The notes below the pieces were generated by a model, which had not been told where the DNA came from, made no database searches, and worked only from the letters and a program-made list of their open reading frames with translations. DNA of 64,000 bases from an uncultured Clostridia bacterium (GTDB lineage Bacteria > Bacillota > Clostridia > TANB77 > CAG-508). The DNA is taken from positions 204,348-268,347 of the forward strand of contig OV788638.1 of assembly GCA_928721565.1 (NCBI GenBank). The letters are read 5' to 3'. Positions 8,419-18,197 of the stretch are shown piece by piece. The translations under genes were made by a program, and so were the position numbers. Position 1 is the stretch's first letter, and each line of letters opens with the position of its first letter.

Positions 8419-10740
8419 TTAATTTTCAAGTTCCTCTTCTTTTACTGTGTATTCCAATACATTAATTGTTTTAATGATTAACTTTGATGCAATATCATTA
8501 TCATCTTCTAATCTTCCTACTCTAATTACCTTTTTACTATTAAGAGTTATATCTGTGTCTAAAATATTAACTAAAATTCTTGTATCTTTGTCCATTCCAA
8601 CAGGTAATGTCTTATTTTGGTTATCATAATAAACACAATTTGAAAAAGCTATTGCTTTTACTCCTTTTTCAAGGTTCATTTTATATAAATTAACTTTTCC
8701 ACTTTCTGTATCCATTAGTGCATTTTCTATTTCTTTTTCCGGATTTAAATTAAAGACATTGAGCTCATTTGTGTCTATATTTTCTTCTTCTTCAATCCAT
8801 TTATAAACTGCAACTTCTTGTGATAATTTGTTTTTACATATTGCACTTTCAATTATGTCTATTGCATTACTTAATGCTGCTTTATATTCTACTGTTTTCA
8901 TTGGTTTTGCCACTCTTAATATTGCATATTTATTTTTAGGGTGTTCTCTATGAGATTTATTAGCTAGTTTAGTTATTTTTCTAGTGTCTTCTGCTAATCC
9001 TCCAAATATATCTATAACATCTTCTTCTGTAATGTCTTTTTCATTCTGTAAATCTTTCTTTATTCTTCTCATCCATTTTTCTACTTCTTTTGGCTCTGTT
9101 GAATTTGTTTTTATTTTATTCATTATTTCAAGTTGGTTTGTTGTTGTTAGATATACACAGTCCAATTCTTCTTTTGAAAAAATTTGCCTCTGAATCTTGT
9201 CCATGTCTTCTCCAAATTCTTCCATATCTTCTTCATAATCGAATACTTTTGAATGAGGTTTTATATTTATTGGTTCTTCTTCTCCTTCATCTAAAGTTTG
9301 AACTTCATCCTTGTTACTATATTTCCAAAATTCAAATATACTTCTTTTATGACTATCTATCTCATTTATAAATGCTGTTGCATTTTCTATTTTTTTCACT
9401 AAATTTATATTTTTCAATTTTAGTGCATTAATATCCATCTTAGTATTTTTTAGATTATTCTCTTTTTCATTAGTTTCTTTTCCTTTTTGTATTAATTCTT
9501 CTAATGTATATTGTGCTTTAACTTTTTCCTTTATCTCTTCTTTAACAAGTTTTGTTTCCTCCTCTTCTTCTGTTTCTTGTTTTTTCTTTATTTTTGATTT
9601 TTTTCCACTATATTTAAAGAAATATTTTACTTTTCCAAAAAAAGTTTTTTTGCATTCTAGATATGTTGATATTTGTTTTTCTTTACTTAAATATTCTATA
9701 TCTAAATCTTGTGCTTGCCTTTTTAGTTTTAATAATTTTCCTTGTAATGAATTGTTTTGACTTATTGCATTTTTTTCTAAATCAAATAATTTTTGGTATT
9801 CTATATTTAGCCAATCACTTAATTCGTCATATTTCATCAGTTTATCATTATAATAAAATTCTAAACTCCCTTGTTTATCGATTCTTGTTTCGAATTGATA
9901 ATAATTAGATAGTTCTGATTGGATAATAAATAGTGCTTTTACTAATTTAAAAAATTTAGTTGCTTCTATTTTATTTGAAAGTTTTACCTTATATTCTGAT
10001 TTTATTTTTCCATATATTTCTGTTTCTCCTACAATTTGTAGACTGATTTTTCCGCTTTTATCATATACTTCATAAATTGATGGCCAGTCTTTGGTAAATA
10101 ACCACAAATAATTTTCTAGACTTTGTATTTCTGTTTTATTTAATAGTTCTCTACTATAGTCCACATTGCTAATTGGTACAAATATTTTTCCTGCTTTTTT
10201 CTTTTCTATTTGTTTTTTTAATACATAAAAGAAAGTTGAATAATCTTTATCTTCTGTTGGAACAATCATAAAATATTGATCAGTTACTTCTGAATAATAT
10301 ATTTGCCATAGATAATTTCCTGAATATCTTACTTTAAATGGAATCTTTTTATTAATTAGTTGTTGTTCTTGTTCTACTTTTTCAATTTCTTCTATTTTTA
10401 CTTCATCTAACATGCGCAAAAAAGTAGCATACTTTTGTTGTTCATCTTCGTCTTTACTATTTGGTTCTAAGTAATCTGCTAGTGGACTTGATTTTGAATA
10501 TTTTTCTTTTATATCATCTAATCTATTAGTTGGTGATAATAGTATTTGTATCTCTTTTGGTGAAACAAATCTATATTGTCTATACTTTTTTTCATCAAAT
10601 CCAGAATTTGGCCTAAATTTTAAATCTTCAACTAATTTTAAAGTTTTAGGTATTTCATCCAAGTCTAGCCCTATAAATTCTAACTTTTTCTTTATCTCTT
10701 GAGTCTTATTTTTCTTTTCCAAAGTAGTTTCTCCTCTCAA
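8419..10740 (-). CDS. Large (773 aa) cytoplasmic hypothetical protein, K/E-rich, with coiled-coil segments
   Basis: A long ORF with no TM segment and no recognisable catalytic motif. It contains a central poly-K/E stretch (KKKQETEEEEETKLVKEEIKEK). Confidence 0.35.
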   Translation of the reverse strand: MRGETTLEKKNKTQEIKKKLEFIGLDLDEIPKTLKLVEDLKFRPNSGFDEKKYRQYRFVSPKEIQILLSPTNRLDDIKEKYSKSSPLADYLEPNSKDEDEQQKYATFLRMLDEVKIEEIEKVEQEQQLINKKIPFKVRYSGNYLWQIYYSEVTDQYFMIVPTEDKDYSTFFYVLKKQIEKKKAGKIFVPISNVDYSRELLNKTEIQSLENYLWLFTKDWPSIYEVYDKSGKISLQIVGETEIYGKIKSEYKVKLSNKIEATKFFKLVKALFIIQSELSNYYQFETRIDKQGSLEFYYNDKLMKYDELSDWLNIEYQKLFDLEKNAISQNNSLQGKLLKLKRQAQDLDIEYLSKEKQISTYLECKKTFFGKVKYFFKYSGKKSKIKKKQETEEEEETKLVKEEIKEKVKAQYTLEELIQKGKETNEKENNLKNTKMDINALKLKNINLVKKIENATAFINEIDSHKRSIFEFWKYSNKDEVQTLDEGEEEPINIKPHSKVFDYEEDMEEFGEDMDKIQRQIFSKEELDCVYLTTTNQLEIMNKIKTNSTEPKEVEKWMRRIKKDLQNEKDITEEDVIDIFGGLAEDTRKITKLANKSHREHPKNKYAILRVAKPMKTVEYKAALSNAIDIIESAICKNKLSQEVAVYKWIEEEENIDTNELNVFNLNPEKEIENALMDTESGKVNLYKMNLEKGVKAIAFSNCVYYDNQNKTLPVGMDKDTRILVNILDTDITLNSKKVIRVGRLEDDNDIASKLIIKTINVLEYTVKEEELEN

Positions 10741-10873
10741 TCCTTTTCTTCTTATATATTTTACTATGCAAACTTAAAAATATCAAGATTTTTATTGCTA
10801 TTTTTATTTTTTTTCGAATTGCTATTGACAAAATTTAAAATACCTATTATAATAAGTAAAGTTTCTAATTTAT

Positions 10874-10950
10874 GGCGAAGTAGCTCAGTTGGCTAGAGCA
10901 TCCGGTTCATACCCGGCAGGTCGTAGGTTCAAGTCCCACCTTCGCTACCA
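10874..10950 (+). tRNA. tRNA-Met (anticodon CAU; elongator Met or lysidine-Ile2 cannot be told apart)
   Basis: GGCGAAGTAGCTCAGTTGG...CCGGTTCATACCCGG...GGTTCAAGTCCCACCTTCGCTACCA is a full cloverleaf with an encoded CCA. Confidence 0.85.
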
Positions 10951-10952
10951 TA

Positions 10953-11000
10953 TATATATAACATATATAAAAAGAAGATAAAGAAATTATTCTTTATCTT
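10953..11000. terminator. Bidirectional hairpin terminator between tRNA-Met and the XRE gene
   Basis: A 12-bp stem aagaagataaag / ctttatcttctt is followed by ttttttg. Confidence 0.55.
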
Positions 11001-11011
11001 CTTTTTTGACT

Positions 11012-11547
11012 TTATTCGAACAGCAGACTACGTGCTATTTTCCGCCTTTTTTCCATCGGCAACCTTTTTAGAGGCTCTATTATTTTTTTCAGTTCTATTT
11101 CCTCCTCTTGCATTTTGATATAGTCTTGATCAAGTAAACTATCTAAACTAATCTCTAATGCCTCAGATATTCGTTTTAGAACAATTATATTTGGATTTAC
11201 TTCACCTTTTAGGCATCTTTCAGCAGTCCAAATTGGAATACCTGACAATTCAGAAAATTCCCTTGTTGTCATTTTTTTCTCTTTAAGCTCATATTTAATA
11301 TTATTACTTAATATTAGAGCCTCTTTGCTTACGGCCTTTTTGGGTGGCTTACCATAATATTTTTCTAGTGAAATCCCTAATATTGATTCCATTTTCCGGA
11401 TTCTCTCTATTGGTGGATTTCTTAGTGTTACATATTTCCAAAGAGATGTATTACTAATCTCAAGCTCTTTGGCCAACTCTTTTTGTGTCATTCCTTTCTC
11501 TTTTAGCACGCTTTTTAGTTCTTTTCCAAATTCAGTCAATTCTGTCA
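11012..11547 (-). CDS. XRE-family transcriptional regulator with two tandem HTH domains
   Basis: HTH1 is GMTQKELAKELEISNTSLWKYV and HTH2 is MTTREFSELSGIPIWTAERCL. The start is probably the MTELTEF codon at 11547, which has AGGAGG 7 nt upstream; the track gives 11587. Confidence 0.65.
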
Positions 11548-11624
11548 TTTGTTTTCCTCCTGTGTAATCTTCAACTATTTTTTGCAATTATATTATATCA
11601 CTTTTTTATGTTTATTTCAAGTTT

Positions 11625-12140
11625 TTAAAACCTTCTTTTATATCCTCTAGAATTGCAAGAATATGAAGTTGAATTAGTATTTATATTGTTGACCATATTT
11701 GCATCTGATAGTAAAGTATTTGCACCATTTCTGCCATTATTGCAACAACAATCAGGTTCTTCATCATAGCAATTTACAGAATTTCCACTTATACTAGCAA
11801 TAACTTCTCCATTACTATTAATTATTCTAAGATTATTGTTTGTATTCGTATTTTCATTATTATTATTTTCTTCATATGGATTATGACATCTTAGACAACT
11901 ATTATTTCTAAAAAAGCAACAGCTTTTAAATAGGCAATCTAAAAATGCTGATACAAATGCGACAATGCCTAATATTATTGCCAAAATAACTAGTGTTAAA
12001 TTAGATAAAATTATTGCAACTAATAATGCAATTGAAAAAAATATAAATCCTACTAACAGTGGACAACGTACTAATCTGTTAATAAATATTGCTAATACTA
12101 TTGTTACAAGTATTACAGCTAAAAAAATAAGTATATTCAT
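11625..12140 (-). CDS. Hypothetical membrane protein with 2-3 TM helices and a Cys/Asn-rich C-terminal tail
   Basis: The start is probably MNILIF at 12140, with a GGAAAGGA RBS. The tail contains CCFFRNNSCLRCHNPY...EEPDCCCNNGRNG. Confidence 0.4.
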   Translation of the reverse strand: MNILIFLAVILVTIVLAIFINRLVRCPLLVGFIFFSIALLVAIILSNLTLVILAIILGIVAFVSAFLDCLFKSCCFFRNNSCLRCHNPYEENNNNENTNTNNNLRIINSNGEVIASISGNSVNCYDEEPDCCCNNGRNGANTLLSDANMVNNINTNSTSYSCNSRGYKRRF

Positions 12141-12211
12141 ATATATCATCCTTTCCAGATAAATCTGTATGTTTTCGATATATCTTATGAATATACTCAT
12201 TTTTTGGTTAC

Positions 12212-12949
12212 TTATTCATACATTACCTTTAGCAAGTACAGTCCGTTAGGTGGTAATGTTTTTCCTGCATTTTCTCTTTTTTTTATTTTAATTATTTCAG
12301 GAATTTCCTCAGGTTCAATTTTTCCTCTTCCTACATCAACTAATGTACCTGCAATTATTCTTACCATATTGTATAGAAATCCATTTCCGGTAAGTTCTAT
12401 AAAAACTCTATCTCCTTCTTTGTATACTTCTGCTTTGTATATTGTTCTAACACTACTTTTACTACTAGTTCCACTTGCTTTAAATGCTTTAAAATCATGT
12501 TCTCCTTCAAAATACTTTACTGCTTTTTTCATTTTTTCTACATCTAATTTTTGTGGAATATGTGTTTCTAAATTTCTATAAATCGCTGTACCTTCTGGCG
12601 AATTATTTATAACATATCTATATGTTTTTTTCTTACAATTTAATCTACTATGAAATCTTTCATCAACTTCTTCTGCATTTTTTATTACTATTGATCTTTT
12701 TAATTTTGAATTAATTGCTATAGCAAATTTCTCTATTGGTATTTGTGAATTTGTTTTAAAATTAGCAACTTGTCCAAATGCATGAACTCCCGCATCAGTT
12801 CTTCCTGAAGCATTTAATTGAACTTCTTCTCCTGTTATCTGTTTTATTGCTTGTTCTATTGTTCCTTGTATATTTAGTTTAGTAGGCTGTTTTTGCCATC
12901 CGTTAAAGTCTTTTCCGTCATATTCGATTGTTAATTTTATATTTCTCAT
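12212..12949 (-). CDS. truA: tRNA pseudouridine(38-40) synthase TruA
   Basis: RTDAGVHAFGQV active-site motif, with MRNIKLTIEYDGKDFNGWQKQP at the N-terminus. Confidence 0.9.
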   Translation of the reverse strand: MRNIKLTIEYDGKDFNGWQKQPTKLNIQGTIEQAIKQITGEEVQLNASGRTDAGVHAFGQVANFKTNSQIPIEKFAIAINSKLKRSIVIKNAEEVDERFHSRLNCKKKTYRYVINNSPEGTAIYRNLETHIPQKLDVEKMKKAVKYFEGEHDFKAFKASGTSSKSSVRTIYKAEVYKEGDRVFIELTGNGFLYNMVRIIAGTLVDVGRGKIEPEEIPEIIKIKKRENAGKTLPPNGLYLLKVMYE

Positions 12950-12984
12950 TTTTATATCATCCTTTATATTATCAAAAAGATGGC

Positions 12985-13911
12985 CTACTTTGCCACCTTT
13001 TCTTTCTTTTTAAATATTTTTTTGATTTTTTCTTTTATATCTTTTTGATTTGTTTTTACTTTTGATTCATTTAGTCTTTTGGTAACTATATTACTAATAA
13101 GAATCTTTTTTAAGACATCTTCTCTAACATCAGCTATAAGTGTACCATCTTTTGCTACTGATACTTTACCTGTTTCTTCTGAAACTATTATTGCTATACT
13201 ATCTGATTCTTTAGATATTCCAATTCCTGCTCTATGGCGTGTTCCTAATTCTTTTGCAATATCTTGGTCTCCCGCTAGTGGTAACATACAAGCTGCAGCA
13301 GCTATTTTATTATTGCTTATTACAACAGCCCCATCATGTAATGGTGTGTTAGGTACAAATATATTTACTAATAATTGTGGTGAGACTTCTGCATCCATTG
13401 GAATTCCTGTTGCTATTATATCTTTTATTTGAATGTCTCTTTCTATTACTATTAGTGCACCAGTTCTTTTTTGTGCTAATTCATATACAGCAATTACTAC
13501 TTTATATATATCTTCCTTTGTTTTTGTAATTATATCTTTATCAAATCCAAAAAATCTCGAAAATTTGTTAGTTCCTCCAAGTTGTTCTAATGCACGCCTT
13601 ATCTCTGGCTGGAATATAATTATTATAAGTATTACTCCCCAGTCCATTACAGTTGTTAAAATATAATTTAATATATGTAAATTTAATATTCCACTTACTG
13701 CTGTTGCTATTACTAAAAATGCTATTCCTTTTACTAATTGCCATGCTCTAGAGTCCTTTACTATTCTTAACAATTCATATGCTAAAAATATAACTATTAC
13801 TATATCTAGTATTAAAGAAATTAATTTAACTGGATATTCTTGATACATTTTTATATATGTTAATATGTTTTGTTCGTAAAAATTATTTAATACTACTCCT
13901 ATGTTTCCCAT
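12985..13911 (-). CDS. cdaA: Membrane diadenylate cyclase (DAC domain, CdaA-like)
   Basis: Three N-terminal TM helices followed by a DAC domain with the LHDGAVVI (DGA) and GTRHRAGIGIS (RHR) motifs. Confidence 0.75.
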   Translation of the reverse strand: MGNIGVVLNNFYEQNILTYIKMYQEYPVKLISLILDIVIVIFLAYELLRIVKDSRAWQLVKGIAFLVIATAVSGILNLHILNYILTTVMDWGVILIIIIFQPEIRRALEQLGGTNKFSRFFGFDKDIITKTKEDIYKVVIAVYELAQKRTGALIVIERDIQIKDIIATGIPMDAEVSPQLLVNIFVPNTPLHDGAVVISNNKIAAAACMLPLAGDQDIAKELGTRHRAGIGISKESDSIAIIVSEETGKVSVAKDGTLIADVREDVLKKILISNIVTKRLNESKVKTNQKDIKEKIKKIFKKKEKVAK

Positions 13912-13950
13912 ATTAATACCTTTCTCCTCTTATTATATTATTTCGTATAA

Positions 13951-14112
13951 TTATTTTACACTTGTAACTACAAAATATATACATGTTGAGCAAGAAGCTA
14001 AAATCATTAGAACTAATAAAAATACCGCCATAATTTTTGAAATTATTCTACTTTTATCTATTTTAATTTTTACCTTTGCTTGTTCTTGTTTTTCTTTTTT
14101 ATCTTTTTTCAT
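13951..14112 (-). CDS. Small (53 aa) Lys-rich single-TM protein
   Basis: A GGAAG RBS lies 7 nt upstream of the MKKDKKEKQ start. One C-terminal TM helix. The track ORF starts earlier, at 14154. Confidence 0.35.
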   Translation of the reverse strand: MKKDKKEKQEQAKVKIKIDKSRIISKIMAVFLLVLMILASCSTCIYFVVTSVK

Positions 14113-14196
14113 TGTTTGTCTTCCTTTCTTTTGAAATTTATATTTTTTACACAATACTATTATAACATAAAATTTTATTTTTGCAATATGTAAACT

Positions 14197-15453
14197 TTAT
14201 ATTTTATATATTTCAAGAATTCTCTTTTCTGCTTCTGCTATTTTATTTTCATCATTAGCACAAATATATGCCAAGAAATCGTCAGGCATTACTTCATCTC
14301 CAACTTTTTTGTTTAAAACAATTCCTACATCAGGTTCAATTTTATCATCTTTATTAATTCTTCCTGCTCCTAAATAACATGCTAATTTACCAATTTCTTC
14401 TGCATTTATCTCTTTAACTTTTCCTGTCTTTTTAGTTACTACTGCCAAAGTATATTTTGATTTTTTAAATTTAGTTGTGTCTTCTACAAAAGATATATCT
14501 CCTCCCTGATTTTTTACCATCTCTACAAATTTATTATATGCATTTTTATTTTCTATATTTTCTAATATTTTAAGTTTGTTTTCTTCTATGTTCTCCCCTT
14601 TTCCTGCAAGTTGAAGCATATTAGCACCAAGTTCTAAAACCACTTGTTTTAAGTCTTTTGGCATATCGCCTTTTAAAAAATTTATTGCCTCTATTACTTC
14701 TAATGAATTTCCAATTGAATATCCAAGTGGCTCATCCATTGGTGTTAACACACATCTTACTTCTTTTCCTGCAAGTTTTCCTATTCTTATCATCTGTTCC
14801 GCTAATTTTTGTGCATCTTCTTTATTTTTCATAAATGCACCTTTCCCAACAGTTACATCTATAACTATCTTATTTGCTCCACTTGCTATTTTTTTACTCA
14901 TTATGCTTGAAGCTATTAGTGGAATGTTTTCAACACAAGAAATTGTATCTCTTAATGCATATATCTTTTTATCAGCTGGTGCTAAATTCATTGTTTGACC
15001 AATCATACTTATTCCAACTTTTTTAACATCTTCTATAAATTCTTTTATTGTAACATTAGTTCTATAACCTGGTATAGATTCCATTTTGTCTACAGTTCCT
15101 CCTGTAAAGCCTAGCCCTCTTCCTGACATTTTTGCTACAGGTATACCTAATGATGCAATTATTGGTAATAGTATTATTGATACTTTATCTCCTACTCCAC
15201 CAGTGCTATGCTTGTCTACGACATTTTCTCCAAAGCATGATAAATCTAACACTTCTCCAGAATGTGCCATCGCTAAAGTTAAATCTGTTATTTCTCTATC
15301 ATTCATACCATTTATATATATCGCCATTATTAATGCTGATGCTTGGTAATCCTGAATCTTTCCCTCTGTGTATTCTTTTACAAAATATTTTATCTCTTCT
15401 TTGCTTAATTCTTTTGCATCTCTCTTTTTCGCAATGATATCTAATATATTCAT
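14197..15453 (-). CDS. pdp: Pyrimidine-nucleoside (thymidine) phosphorylase
   Basis: HSTGGVGDKVS and SGRGLGFTGGTVDK motifs. Confidence 0.85.
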   Translation of the reverse strand: MNILDIIAKKRDAKELSKEEIKYFVKEYTEGKIQDYQASALIMAIYINGMNDREITDLTLAMAHSGEVLDLSCFGENVVDKHSTGGVGDKVSIILLPIIASLGIPVAKMSGRGLGFTGGTVDKMESIPGYRTNVTIKEFIEDVKKVGISMIGQTMNLAPADKKIYALRDTISCVENIPLIASSIMSKKIASGANKIVIDVTVGKGAFMKNKEDAQKLAEQMIRIGKLAGKEVRCVLTPMDEPLGYSIGNSLEVIEAINFLKGDMPKDLKQVVLELGANMLQLAGKGENIEENKLKILENIENKNAYNKFVEMVKNQGGDISFVEDTTKFKKSKYTLAVVTKKTGKVKEINAEEIGKLACYLGAGRINKDDKIEPDVGIVLNKKVGDEVMPDDFLAYICANDENKIAEAEKRILEIYKI

Positions 15454-15468
15454 TTGTTCCCTCCTATT

Positions 15469-16095
15469 TTACACAAAATGTGTTGTAAAACTTTTTCTAT
15501 GTATTGGGCAAAGCCCATATTCCTTTATTGCTGCAATATGTGCAGCTGTGCCATATCCTTTATGTTTTTCAAATCCATATTGAGGATAAACTTTATCCCA
15601 TTCTCTCATTATTCTATCCCTTGTGACTTTTGCAATAATTGATGCAGCTGCAATTGAATAGCATTTTGCATCTCCTTTTATTATTGATTCATATGGTATT
15701 CCAAGTGTGTCAATATGATTTAAAGCATCTACAATAATCAAATCTGGTCTAACAGTTAATTCTTGTAATGACATTGTTAAACCTTTTTTAGTTGCATTTA
15801 ATATGTTTATTTCATCTATTTCATCTTGTCCAATAATCCCTACTCCATAACTAATTGCTTCTTCTAAAATTTGATCATATAATTTTTCTCTTTTTTTCTC
15901 TGAAACTTTTTTAGAATCATTTACACCTTCTATCATAGAGTTGGCTGGCATTATAACACTTGCAACTACAACTGGGCCGGCAAGTGGTCCTCTACCAGCT
16001 TCATCTATCCCACATATTGTATTAAATCCTTTTTTTCTTAGTTCTTTTTCTTGTTCTTTTAATGTTAGTAATCTTGTTTCTTCTTTTTCCTTCAC
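15469..16095 (-). CDS. rnhB: Ribonuclease HII
   Basis: GIDEAGRGPLAGPVV catalytic motif. Confidence 0.9.
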   Translation of the reverse strand: MKEKEETRLLTLKEQEKELRKKGFNTICGIDEAGRGPLAGPVVVASVIMPANSMIEGVNDSKKVSEKKREKLYDQILEEAISYGVGIIGQDEIDEINILNATKKGLTMSLQELTVRPDLIIVDALNHIDTLGIPYESIIKGDAKCYSIAAASIIAKVTRDRIMREWDKVYPQYGFEKHKGYGTAAHIAAIKEYGLCPIHRKSFTTHFV

Positions 16096-16121
16096 TTTTT
16101 GTTATCCTTTCATGATATATT

Positions 16122-16619
16122 TTAATCATTTTCTAATTGTGTTAATGTATATTGTCCTTCATATCCTTTTGTATTCATAACTTCTGTTGTTGTATTATCA
16201 AAATCATATTTTACAATATAATACCCATATTTTTCTGAATCTGTTTCTTTTACTCCTATATCTTTTAATATAGATTCGTCTAAATAATAACAATTTTCAT
16301 CAATCGAAATTTCTGTTGGTATATTATTTAATATGTCTGTTTCCTGCACAGGTGTTCCTTTTAAATATTCTTGTCTAATTTGTTTTATTTTTTCAAAATC
16401 TTCTTCCTTATTACTATCTAAATTAACTGTTTGAAATCTAATTTCTTCTAAATCTTTTTTTGTCTCTGCTTGTATTAAAAGCATATCAGTTCTTAAATCT
16501 TGTAATTTTGTTTCTGTCATCATTAACATTCCATATTTTCCTATAACTGTTGCTACTATTGCAATTACTACTACAACTACAAGTAGTATTGGTAATGATA
16601 CGCCGTTTTCATTTTTCAT
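16122..16619 (-). CDS. Hypothetical protein, N-terminally anchored, with a pseudopilin-like N-terminus
   Basis: MKNENGVSLPILLVVVVVIAIVATVIG resembles a class III signal but is not canonical: there is no Glu at +5. Confidence 0.3.
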   Translation of the reverse strand: MKNENGVSLPILLVVVVVIAIVATVIGKYGMLMMTETKLQDLRTDMLLIQAETKKDLEEIRFQTVNLDSNKEEDFEKIKQIRQEYLKGTPVQETDILNNIPTEISIDENCYYLDESILKDIGVKETDSEKYGYYIVKYDFDNTTTEVMNTKGYEGQYTLTQLEND

Positions 16620-16813
16620 ATTTTTACATCCTCTCTAGAAACTAGTTCAAAATCCTTAATAATATATTTTGAACTTTATTTCCAACTATATTATATATGT
16701 AGAAACTATTATTTTCAATAAAAAAATGAGTTTTTTACATTTTTTTCACAATTTTTTCACAAATGTAGTGTATCCTATATAAAGTTAATAAATAAAAAGA
16801 GGAGGTCCTTAAA

Positions 16814-18055
16814 ATGGATGAAAATGGAAACAAATTTGAAGTAATATCAAGTAAAACTTCAAAAGCAAATTTTAATCACTCAAGTGGATTCGGAAAAACA
16901 ATAATATTACCATTTTTTAGTGGTGTAGTAGGATGCGCTTTAGTAATAGGAACATGTTTTGGTGTTCCATCAATAAAAGAAAAATTAACAGGAGATACTA
17001 AGTTAAACTCAACAGTTCAAACTTCTACTCCTACAGGAACAACATCTAATTTAGTGTCTATTGCAAATTCTTCAGGAACTGCAGAATTTGCAGCAAATAA
17101 AATTTTACCATCAATAGTTGGTATTGAAGTTTCATACACTGCAACATCAAATTCTATATTTAGTTTTGGAACACCTTCAAGTCAAACTGCTACAGCAACA
17201 GGTTCTGGTATAATCATAAGTGAAGATGGTTATATATTAACAAACAATCATGTTGTAGATACAAGTTCTTCAAGTTCTTATTCATATTATGATATTTCAG
17301 AAGCTACTTCTGTAAAAGTAAAATTAAATAGTTCTAAATATGGTGATGATGCAGTATATGATGCAAAAATTATTGGTAAAGATTCTCAAACAGATTTAGC
17401 AGTTTTAAAAATTGATAAAACAGATTTAACTGCTGCAGAATTTGCTGATTCTGATCAAGCTGTAGTTGGAGAATTTGTTCTAGCAGTCGGTAGTCCTCTT
17501 GGACTAGATACAACAGTTACTCAAGGTATAATTAGTGCTGTTAATAGAGAAGTAGAATCTGAAGGTACAAAATATACTTGTATCCAAACAGATGCTGCAA
17601 TAAATTCTGGTAATAGCGGAGGCGCACTCGTAAATAGTGATGGTAAAGTTATTGGTATAAATACATTAAAATTATCTGGAAGTGGTGTTGAAGGAATTGG
17701 ATTTGCTATTCCTATAAATTCAACTCTTGACGTTACAGATCAATTAAAGAGTCATAATAAAGTATTAAGACCTTATATTGGTATTAGTGGTATTAATTTA
17801 GATGAATCAACAGCTAAAAAATATAATTTAACAGTTGGTGTTTATGTAAAAACTGTTCAAAATTTCTCTCCAGCAGAAAAAGCTGGATTACAAGCTGGTG
17901 ATGTTATAGTTAAAGCTGATGATAAAGACATAACAACTATGGATGAGCTAAATGATATAAAGAATTCTCATCAAATTGGTGATACAATGAAATTAAAAAT
18001 TAATAGAAATGGAGACGAAAAAGAAATTACTTTAACACTTGAAGAAACACCTTAA
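16814..18055 (+). CDS. htrA: HtrA/DegP-family serine protease with a PDZ domain
   Basis: Catalytic triad context TNNHVV, DLAVLKI, GNSGGALVN. A C-terminal PDZ domain. An N-terminal TM anchor. Confidence 0.85.
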   Translation: MDENGNKFEVISSKTSKANFNHSSGFGKTIILPFFSGVVGCALVIGTCFGVPSIKEKLTGDTKLNSTVQTSTPTGTTSNLVSIANSSGTAEFAANKILPSIVGIEVSYTATSNSIFSFGTPSSQTATATGSGIIISEDGYILTNNHVVDTSSSSSYSYYDISEATSVKVKLNSSKYGDDAVYDAKIIGKDSQTDLAVLKIDKTDLTAAEFADSDQAVVGEFVLAVGSPLGLDTTVTQGIISAVNREVESEGTKYTCIQTDAAINSGNSGGALVNSDGKVIGINTLKLSGSGVEGIGFAIPINSTLDVTDQLKSHNKVLRPYIGISGINLDESTAKKYNLTVGVYVKTVQNFSPAEKAGLQAGDVIVKADDKDITTMDELNDIKNSHQIGDTMKLKINRNGDEKEITLTLEETP

Positions 18056-18197
18056 TTTTTTAAATTTTCACTATTAGTTCACACAATGAACAAATTTCAT
18101 TGGTATATTATAAGCATAGTCAGTAAGAACTGATTAATAAACATCCCCTTTTATTTTCAAAAACGGCCTAGTAAATCTAGACCGTTTTTATTTTTTA

